Shown here piece after piece: positions 58,226 through 64,000 of a DNA stretch of 64,000 nt (the first letter of the stretch is position 1; each line of letters starts with the position of its first letter). This DNA is from Candidatus Magasanikiibacteriota bacterium (GTDB lineage Bacteria > Patescibacteriota > Patescibacteriia > Magasanikbacterales > 2-02-FULL-50-9b): assembly GCA_903893485.1 (NCBI GenBank), contig CAITMK010000003.1:9922-73921 (forward strand), given 5' to 3'. The notes under the pieces were generated by a model. The model worked only from the letters and a program-made list of their open reading frames with translations, made no database searches and was not told the DNA's origin. The position numbers and the translations under genes were made by a program.

Positions 58226-58654
58226 TTATTTCAGCGTAATTAAAACTGCACCAACAACCATTATCACTGCCCCCACCCCAGTTTTCCAATTAAATGTTTC
58301 GCCTAAAAATAACGCGGCCAAGACAACCACAAAAATCAAACTCATGCGATCAATTGTTGAAACTTTAATAGCGCTACCTGTTTTGAGCGCCAAAAAATAG
58401 CAGAGCCAAGAAAGTGCGCCCGCAAGACCTGATAAAAATAAAAATAACCATTCCCGACCCGCAAAGCTTCCCCACTTTACATTACGAAATGTACCAAATG
58501 CGATTGCAGCAACCAATAAAACGCCGGACATGATAAACGAGCGTACTGTTGCAGCAAGCGTCGAACTCATTCCTTGAATTCCAATTTTTCCAAAAATCGC
58601 CACGAGCGCGGCAAATACTGCGGAACCGAAAGAAAATAGTAACCAGGTTGGCAT
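58226..58654 (-). CDS. EamA-domain (DMT superfamily) small membrane protein
   Basis: ATG at 58654 (MPTWLLFSF...) gives 142 aa with four TMs. The track's N-terminal extension from 58768 was rejected because it overlaps the 58748 gene and its promoter. Confidence 0.6.
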   Translation of the reverse strand: MPTWLLFSFGSAVFAALVAIFGKIGIQGMSSTLAATVRSFIMSGVLLVAAIAFGTFRNVKWGSFAGREWLFLFLSGLAGALSWLCYFLALKTGSAIKVSTIDRMSLIFVVVLAALFLGETFNWKTGVGAVIMVVGAVLITLK

Positions 58655-58676
58655 ATGGCAATAGTATAGCATCCTG

Positions 58677-58706
58677 TTGACATTCAGGCATCGTAGTGAT
58701 ATATAT
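58677..58706 (+). promoter_or_regulatory. candidate promoter TTGACA-17-TATATA for 58748..59131
   Basis: Consensus -35, 17-nt spacer, AT-rich -10; GGGAGG SD 6 nt before the ATG. Confidence 0.5.
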
Positions 58707-58747
58707 CTTATACACAATTCTGTGTCATTTGCCACCGGGAGGCGGTC

Positions 58748-59131
58748 ATGCCGCAAATTCAGATTCACAATTGCCCTTACGATTGGCGGCTTAGCGACAG
58801 CGATGCGCTTCCGTCACATCGCGGCCTCAAACGCAAACTGGCAGCCGCGCTGCGCGAAGCGGTCCTCACCTCGGTGATTCCCGGAATCTCCGAGGCAAAA
58901 TCTGTCTCGGTCTCTGAGACCAGCTATGCAATGCTCGAAGATGACACCACGCTCATCATCAAGGTCGTTGACCTGTTCGACCACCCAGAGAGAACGATCG
59001 TGGTAAAAACGCGGCTTGCTGAAGCGCTCTTGAAAGCAGCGGCCGATATCATGAGGGGGTACACGATTGAAGTCATCATCGATGTGCCGCTGAACCTGCA
59101 AAACAGCACCTTCCGCAAGCTGAGCAGATAG
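58748..59131 (+). CDS. hypothetical protein, possibly tautomerase-superfamily-like (N-terminal Met-Pro)
   Basis: 127 aa, MPQIQIH start, consensus promoter and SD, strong terminator downstream; ~58% GC. The family call is weak. Confidence 0.55.
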   Translation: MPQIQIHNCPYDWRLSDSDALPSHRGLKRKLAAALREAVLTSVIPGISEAKSVSVSETSYAMLEDDTTLIIKVVDLFDHPERTIVVKTRLAEALLKAAADIMRGYTIEVIIDVPLNLQNSTFRKLSR

Positions 59132-59152
59132 CGCAAAGACAAGTGCGTCAAT

Positions 59153-59196
59153 CGCCCGAGCCACTCGCATACGCAGTGGCTCGGGGCGGTTTTTTA
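59153..59196. terminator. bidirectional intrinsic terminator between the 58748 gene and recG
   Basis: cccgagccact-cgcatacgc-agtggctcggg (11-bp stem) followed by T6. Confidence 0.75.
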
Positions 59197-59198
59197 TT

Positions 59199-61295
59199 TT
59201 ATTCCTGATGCAAAATTTCTTCGAAACGCGCGATGCGTTCACGAAGTTCTGGGCTGTGCGCCAAAATTTCTGGCTCATTAAAAACTTTTTGTGCCGCTTT
59301 TTTCGCGCGTTCCCATACCTCGGGTGGCACGGCCAATAATTCTTCGTATTCAAAAAAACCGGATTGCAAAATTCCCCACACATCGCCGGAGCCGCGCATT
59401 TCTAAATCTTTTTCGGCGAGTTCGAAACCGTCGGAGATTTGTTCCATCAGACGCATTCTCTGTTCTGCAGCGGAAATCTGTGGCGCGCCCGACTCGCTCG
59501 GCCGCGAGTACGCTACAGCGTCGCTCGCCGACCGCGCCACAGATTTTGACGAACAGAGAAAGCAATACGATTGAACATCAGAACGGCCGACTCGACCTCT
59601 AAATTGATGAAGTTGCGCCAAACCAAATCGTTCAGCGCCCTCGATCCACATAACCGTTGCACCCGGAATATCCACGCCGACTTCGATAACCGCGGTTGCA
59701 ACTAAAACATCCAAGTCGCCGGCGCGAAATGCATCCATCACGGCCGCGCGATCTTTTGGTTTCAAGCGCCCGTGTACCAAACCAACGCGCGCCTGTGGAA
59801 ATGTTTCTTTGGAAATTTTTTCAAACACTTCGGTGGCAGATGCAACACCCAAAGAATCCGACGGATCAATCAGCGGTGTGACAACAAAAACTTGCTCACC
59901 CGCGGCAATGTGCTGTGCCACGAATTGCTGCGCCTTAGCGCGCGCTCCAGGGCCCACCACGCGCGTAATAACTGGCTTGCGGCCTGGTGGCATTTGTTTA
60001 ATTGAGCTAATTGCCAATGTACCGCTGGCCAAAAGTGCCAATGAGCGCGGAATTGGCGTTGCGGTCATGGATAAAAAGTGGGGCGTGTAGCCCGCGCCAT
60101 TTTTGTCTTTAATTTTTTTGCGCTGGCCCACGCCAAAACGGTGTTGTTCGTCAACGACCACCAAACCAACTTCGTCGAATTTCACACCATCTTGAATGAG
60201 TGCGTGTGTGCCAATAATTATTGCGGGGCCCGCGGGAATCGCCGCGCGCTTCCCTGCACCCACCATCAGCATCACCGGCACGTCCGTAAATAATTTTTTA
60301 AATGTTACAAAATGCTGCTCCGCCAAAAGCTGTGTTGGTGCCATAAATAAAACTTTCGCGCCGGCCGCCAAAACTGGATGCGCGGCCATCGCAGCCACAA
60401 CGGTTTTCCCAGAACCCACATCGCCTTGGAGCAAACGGTTCATCGGATGCGTCGCCGCGATATCCTGCGTAATTGCCCAGACTGCTTTTTTCTGATCATC
60501 GGTTAGTGCGAATGGAAGCACAGCAACCACGGCTTTTAAATCGTCAACAGAAAATTCAAACGCGCGTGCCTGCGCGGCCGCGTGAAAATCTTTGATCAAA
60601 CCAGATTGCAATTCCTGGAGCAGCGCGCGCTCGAATTGAAAACGGCGTAGCGCCAAACCAAGCTCATCAAAATCCGCTGGAAAATGCGCAGCGTGAAGTG
60701 CAGCTGCATAGTTCATCGCACCATCCACCAATTCCATTGGTAACCATTCACTAATTGCCGCGCCATATTTTTCAAAAGCCGCAGCCACAAGTGTACGCAG
60801 CTGCTTATGCGACAATCCTTCGGTGAGCGAATACAACGGCACAATTCGCGCGCTGTGGAGCGCCTCGGGTTTATTTGTTTTTTCGTATTGTGGACTTACC
60901 ATTTGCAAGCCAAAGCGATCCTGCTTTACCTCGCCCGTTAAAAAAATTTCTTCGCCAACGGCCAATGTTTTCGTCAGATACCCCTGACTAAACCAAATCA
61001 CGCGCACGCTGCCTGTGGCATCGCCAACCAAACCTTCCACAAGCGTCATCCCTGCCCGCTTAGCCGCGCGGCGCGAGCGGAGCTGCTGCACACGCACACG
61101 CACGGTGGCGCTGTCACCCGCGGCCAATTCTGCCACCGGCGTAATCGCCCGATGATCTTCGTACCGAAATGGCAAATGCAAAAATAAATCCTGAACCGTT
61201 TTCACGTCCATTTTTTCCAAATATTTGGCAATCTTTTCCCCGCAGCCTGGGATCGTGGTGACGGGCTGGGTGAGTAAAACGGAGGTGTCTGACAT
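59199..61295 (-). CDS. recG: ATP-dependent DNA helicase RecG
   Basis: 698 aa; wedge domain; helicase motifs GDVGSGKT, DEQHRFG and QxxGRVGR. Confidence 0.9.
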   Translation of the reverse strand: MSDTSVLLTQPVTTIPGCGEKIAKYLEKMDVKTVQDLFLHLPFRYEDHRAITPVAELAAGDSATVRVRVQQLRSRRAAKRAGMTLVEGLVGDATGSVRVIWFSQGYLTKTLAVGEEIFLTGEVKQDRFGLQMVSPQYEKTNKPEALHSARIVPLYSLTEGLSHKQLRTLVAAAFEKYGAAISEWLPMELVDGAMNYAAALHAAHFPADFDELGLALRRFQFERALLQELQSGLIKDFHAAAQARAFEFSVDDLKAVVAVLPFALTDDQKKAVWAITQDIAATHPMNRLLQGDVGSGKTVVAAMAAHPVLAAGAKVLFMAPTQLLAEQHFVTFKKLFTDVPVMLMVGAGKRAAIPAGPAIIIGTHALIQDGVKFDEVGLVVVDEQHRFGVGQRKKIKDKNGAGYTPHFLSMTATPIPRSLALLASGTLAISSIKQMPPGRKPVITRVVGPGARAKAQQFVAQHIAAGEQVFVVTPLIDPSDSLGVASATEVFEKISKETFPQARVGLVHGRLKPKDRAAVMDAFRAGDLDVLVATAVIEVGVDIPGATVMWIEGAERFGLAQLHQFRGRVGRSDVQSYCFLCSSKSVARSASDAVAYSRPSESGAPQISAAEQRMRLMEQISDGFELAEKDLEMRGSGDVWGILQSGFFEYEELLAVPPEVWERAKKAAQKVFNEPEILAHSPELRERIARFEEILHQE

Positions 61296-61308
61296 GTCGC
61301 TATTGTAA

Positions 61309-61414
61309 CATATAAATTGATTATGTCCTCGAGAGAGCGCTTCGCTACTCGCAACTAAAGTTGCGAGCTCCGCGTGCGGGTCCAGTCTCTCTCGGATATA
61401 ATCAATTTATATTG
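61309..61414. repeat. nested-palindrome element A (~27-bp outer inverted repeat plus central cgcaactaaagttgcg hairpin)
   Basis: Arms catataaattgattatgtcctcgagagag / ctctctcggatataatcaatttatattg; central ctcgcaac-taaa-gttgcgag; lies between the recG start and tRNA-Arg. Confidence 0.6.
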
Positions 61415-61478
61415 ACGTATCGGCATACGGCACTTTTTAACCCCTCCGTCACCACGGATCGGATACATTTTTGGAAAC

Positions 61479-61585
61479 AAAAAATCCTAATGCTTCTGAA
61501 AGAGACTTGAACCCGAACCGGAGAGCGCGCAACTTTAGTTGCGCATCGCGACCCGGCGTCTCTTGAAGAAGTATTAGGATTTTTT
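61479..61585. repeat. nested-palindrome element B, homologous to element A (about 75% in the core), abutting the tRNA-Arg 3' end
   Basis: Arms aaaaaatcctaatgcttctgaaagagac / gtctcttgaagaagtattaggatttttt; central gcgcaac-ttta-gttgcgc; shared core gagagcgc..gcaact..agttgcg..cgcg..gtctct. Confidence 0.6.
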
Positions 61586-61661
61586 GGTGCACCCGAGACG
61601 ACTTGAACGTCTGACCCTCAGCTCCGCAAGCTGATGCTCTATCCATCTGAGCTACGGGTGC
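61585..61661 (-). tRNA. tRNA-Arg with anticodon GCG (ACG-family body), CCA encoded
   Basis: rc reads GCACCCGTAGCTCAGATGGATAGAGCATCAGCTTGCGGAGCTGAGGGTCAGACGTTCAAGTCGTCTCGGGTGCACCA, a canonical cloverleaf with anticodon loop TTGCGGA. Confidence 0.8.
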
Positions 61662-61696
61662 ATAAATGATTGCCTGACTATTCTAGCACAGCCTTT

Positions 61697-62215
61697 CTAA
61701 AACTTCAAGACCTTCTCCAAAACATCGCCCAAAGGCTCTTCTACTTGGGTTTTGTCTTCCCGGACGAACCGCAAAAGCGTCTCGCGGACCTCATTCGGGT
61801 CTTCGTCTTCCAGCGGAATAGAAAGCCGTGGCGACGTGGCACTTTTGAACGTGATATATAAACTTTTGACCACACCTGGTTCAAAAACAATGAAAAAACG
61901 GTCGACTTCGAGGTATGGGTACAAAAATCCGCGCCACACCACGCCTTTGTCGGTAATGCCAAACTGCGTCAGGCCCGGCTCTTTGGTCTCGTGGAACAAA
62001 AAAATGACCGCGATTAAAATTAAAATAAACGCAAATAAATAATTATCGGTGTAGAGCGCGTACCCAATCGTTGCAAGTAAAAAAATGCTGGCCGTAATGT
62101 ACCACCGGGGTGTGTGCGGATATTTGGTATATTCCGGGATATCCCACACGTGATAAATCGTGTTTCCAAATTGATTGACAAGGGGCTCTGGCATATGATG
62201 ACAAAAGTATAACAT
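61697..62215 (-). CDS. hypothetical membrane protein
   Basis: ATG at 62215 (MLYFCHHMPEP...) gives 172 aa with two TMs. The track's longer form runs antisense through tRNA-Ser and was trimmed. Confidence 0.55.
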   Translation of the reverse strand: MLYFCHHMPEPLVNQFGNTIYHVWDIPEYTKYPHTPRWYITASIFLLATIGYALYTDNYLFAFILILIAVIFLFHETKEPGLTQFGITDKGVVWRGFLYPYLEVDRFFIVFEPGVVKSLYITFKSATSPRLSIPLEDEDPNEVRETLLRFVREDKTQVEEPLGDVLEKVLKF

Positions 62216-62268
62216 GTATTGACTCGAGGCGCCAAATCCGCTACAATTGAATCGTTCTAAATTTACGT

Positions 62269-62360
62269 GGAGAGGTGGCCGAGTTGGTCGAAGGCACCAC
62301 ACTGCTAACGTGGCAGGGCTTAAACCGCCCTCCAGGGTTCGAATCCCTGCCTCTCCGCCA
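62269..62360 (+). tRNA. tRNA-Ser (anticodon GCU), class II with long variable arm, CCA encoded
   Basis: Acceptor GGAGAGG/CCTCTCC, 3-bp D stem, anticodon loop CTGCTAA, variable arm GGGC-TTAAACC-GCCC, T arm CAGGG-TTCGAAT-CCCTG, discriminator G. Confidence 0.85.
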
Positions 62361-62400
62361 GGACATCCCACTCACGTGGGATTTTTTGTTTGACGCCTTT

Positions 62401-63060
62401 TTAAACAGCCGCCACAACGACGCCGCAAATTTTTTCGACACCAACATGGTGAAGAGCTTCAATCGCAGCAGTCATTGTACTTCCTGTGGTGAGCACATCA
62501 TCGACAATGCAATATTGTACAGCAGGATCGATTTTTTCTGTTGCAATAAACGCACCCTGCATGGCACCCAAACGTTCCTGACGTGATCGATGTGCTTGCT
62601 GCCCGCGTCCACGGGCGCGCACCAAAATATTTTTAATTTCAAAATTTTCTGCACCGCCGGCCCGCAATATTCCCTGCGCCAAAATTTCCGATTGATTAAA
62701 TCCGCGCAGCGCTAACCGCTTTTCTAAGAGTGGAATCGGTACTAATATTATTTTTTCTTTTTGCGGCGGTAAACAATCATGCATCCATTGCCCCATCACC
62801 TCACCGGCGCGCCAAATCATTTTATATTTAAGCGTGTGAATTGCGCTGCGCACCGATGCAACTTCAAAACTGGTGGCCGAAAAAACCTGCGCACCAGCAA
62901 TTTCTCGAGTACAAATTCCGGCATTCAGACGCATAATCTCGCATTTTGTACACCAGATTACACAACCAGAATCAGAGCTGTCCACAAACAGCCCACAACC
63001 CATGCACGGCATGGGAAATAAAAAATCTAATACCACCCGCCAAATCCCCCCTTCCACCAT
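62401..63060 (-). CDS. comFC: ComF-family competence protein (phosphoribosyltransferase domain)
   Basis: N-terminal CxxC...CxxC zinc finger (CMGC...CTKC); C-terminal PRTase motif IVDDVLTTGSTM. Confidence 0.8.
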   Translation of the reverse strand: MVEGGIWRVVLDFLFPMPCMGCGLFVDSSDSGCVIWCTKCEIMRLNAGICTREIAGAQVFSATSFEVASVRSAIHTLKYKMIWRAGEVMGQWMHDCLPPQKEKIILVPIPLLEKRLALRGFNQSEILAQGILRAGGAENFEIKNILVRARGRGQQAHRSRQERLGAMQGAFIATEKIDPAVQYCIVDDVLTTGSTMTAAIEALHHVGVEKICGVVVAAV

Positions 63061-63063
63061 ATG

Positions 63064-63654
63064 TTATGGTTTGTACTCTTTCCAAGTTACGGCGTCAACT
63101 AACCAAATCGAATTTACCTTTACGGCTGCAACGGTCGCGATTTCATAGGTGGTATGATCGCCCGCGGTGCCGCCATGATACAAACGCTGCGCGCCAACTT
63201 CCAAAGTTGCGGTGGTTGCGGTTTGTGCCGTAATTTTTATTGAGATTGCATGTGTGGTAACGCCACTAAATACCGCAGCAACGGTTGGCGCCTGTGTTAA
63301 ACGAGCCTGCGCCCATGCTAACAAATGGGGGCCCATGCGACTGAGTAATTGTTTCAAATTCGCATTTTCTGCATCCGTTGAATAGGTTCCAAAGCGCGCA
63401 ACAAAATCACCGGTGGTGCGCTGAAGCATTGCGTCTGATGAATCCTTTGGGATTGAGCCTGCTGGAATTGGTGTGGCTGGTGTAACTGGTCCAATGTTTG
63501 GCGTTGTTGTTGCAGTTTGTGTTGGCGCAACTGGCGATGGAGCCGCAGGTGCAGCTGCGCGATTTTTAAGTGCAATAATCGCCGCAATAATTAGCAGCAC
63601 CGCTGCCAAAATCATGACGCCCATTCTTAATTTTTTCTGTGTTTCTGCTTCCAT
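63064..63654 (-). CDS. hypothetical membrane-anchored protein (N-terminal TM, Pro/Ala/Thr linker, ~120-aa C-terminal domain)
   Basis: 196 aa, ATG start; sits between the VirB4-like fragment and comFC. Confidence 0.55.
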   Translation of the reverse strand: MEAETQKKLRMGVMILAAVLLIIAAIIALKNRAAAPAAPSPVAPTQTATTTPNIGPVTPATPIPAGSIPKDSSDAMLQRTTGDFVARFGTYSTDAENANLKQLLSRMGPHLLAWAQARLTQAPTVAAVFSGVTTHAISIKITAQTATTATLEVGAQRLYHGGTAGDHTTYEIATVAAVKVNSIWLVDAVTWKEYKP

Positions 63655-63659
63655 AGTTT

Positions 63660-64000
63660 TTATGTTTCAGGACCAAACTCAACCGGCACCACTGTTTTAA
63701 GCGCAGCCTCAGCATCGGTTGATTGCGATACGCCCGCCGCAGCCGCTGCGTCTTGATCTTCGCGCAATTTACGTTTTTCCTCTTCCATTTTAATCATCTG
63801 CTGTGGATTGGTAGTAACAATTTGATCTTCGTTATATGACGCAACAATTTTAATTGCCGCGTGTTTGTTGCCCGCAAAGAAAATACCTTCACCAACCGCG
63901 CTTTCCAAAAGCAAAAACTTTTCGCCCTCGGTGAGCATAAAGGTTTTTACCAAGTGATCGATCGCCGCCGGCGACTGTTTAAGCAAAAGCTGCATTGATG
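63660..64000 (-). CDS. C-terminal ~113 aa of a protein continuing beyond the window; resembles the C-terminus of VirB4/TrbE-type conjugative ATPases
   Basis: ...FMLTEGEKFLLLESAVGEGIFFAGNKHAAIKIVASYNEDQIVTTNPQQM... followed by an acidic/Ala-rich tail. No in-frame stop before the window edge. The family call rests on recollection of the VirB4 C-terminal pattern, not a search. Confidence 0.4.
   Translation of the reverse strand, partial: SMQLLLKQSPAAIDHLVKTFMLTEGEKFLLLESAVGEGIFFAGNKHAAIKIVASYNEDQIVTTNPQQMIKMEEEKRKLREDQDAAAAAGVSQSTDAEAALKTVVPVEFGPET

Noticed and set aside
58814-59383. 189-aa minus-strand ORF overlapping 58748..59131 and the recG 3' end
   Set aside because: It overlaps two better-supported genes and a strong terminator hairpin; Arg/Phe-rich noise.
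61697-62371. Full 224-aa track ORF including an N-terminal extension
   Set aside because: The first ~52 codons are the antisense of tRNA-Ser. The gene was trimmed to the ATG at 62215.
1-64000. CRISPR array, transposase/IS element, rRNA, RNase P, SRP RNA or tmRNA
   Set aside because: I scanned for regular spaced direct repeats, the RNase P P4 core, the SRP domain IV GGAA/AGCAGCC motif and tmRNA tRNA-like ends, and found none. Only the three tRNAs listed are present.

Overview
Coordinates for RNA genes and intergenic elements were counted by eye and may be off by 1-2 nt; CDS coordinates follow the ORF track. The window is a gene-dense bacterial chromosomal segment with sigma70-like promoters (TTGACA-17-TATAAT) and many intrinsic terminators. 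The core is about 45-52% GC and is interrupted by several 60-65% GC islets. The housekeeping core comprises infB, trxA, a purine nucleoside phosphorylase, lemA-htpX, a DHH phosphoesterase, clpP, hup, gpsA, tsaD, dnaE, an M50 site-2 protease, an ABC exporter, a phosphohexomutase, a ClpC-like ATPase, radA, recG, comFC and three tRNAs (Glu-UUC, Arg-GCG, Ser-GCU). The most striking content is threefold. (1) A head-to-tail array of three paralogous giant surface-protein genes (~1,750 aa each, the first 3'-truncated by the window edge) with a mosaic pattern: conserved N-terminal anchor, divergent beta-helix-like central region, near-identical C-terminal half. The C-terminal half includes a membrane-embedded module with two carboxypeptidase-regulatory-like beta-sandwich domains. 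Each copy has its own TATAAT promoter. (2) A co-directional envelope cluster: membrane-anchored TolB-like beta-propeller, DsbA-like oxidoreductase, and two tandem paralogous Cys-rich exoproteins. The two exoproteins share a strongly conserved two-helix membrane hairpin but end in different peptidoglycan-hydrolase domains, one NlpC/P60- or CHAP-like and one SLT lytic transglycosylase. A VKOR-like gene elsewhere would complete a disulfide-forming system. (3) A 4-kb 62% GC island of cysteine-repeat lipoproteins with Myxococcota-style repeats (CDDGNxCTxDxC units and a MopE-like DxDNDCNGxxDEG motif). Further observations: a tRNA-Glu followed by a duplicated 18-nt 3'-end fragment and an inverted T-arm fragment (integration scar); homologous ~105-bp nested-palindrome elements between tRNA-Arg and recG; GC-rich nested-hairpin elements on both sides of clpP; and a VirB4-like ATPase C-terminus plus comFC at the right edge, suggesting a T4SS or DNA-uptake locus continuing off-window. 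No CRISPR array, transposase, integrase or reverse transcriptase was seen. The taxon is not certain; the small IF-2, N-anchored giant adhesins and compact layout fit a small-genome, possibly CPR/Patescibacteria-like or otherwise host-associated bacterium (inference only).
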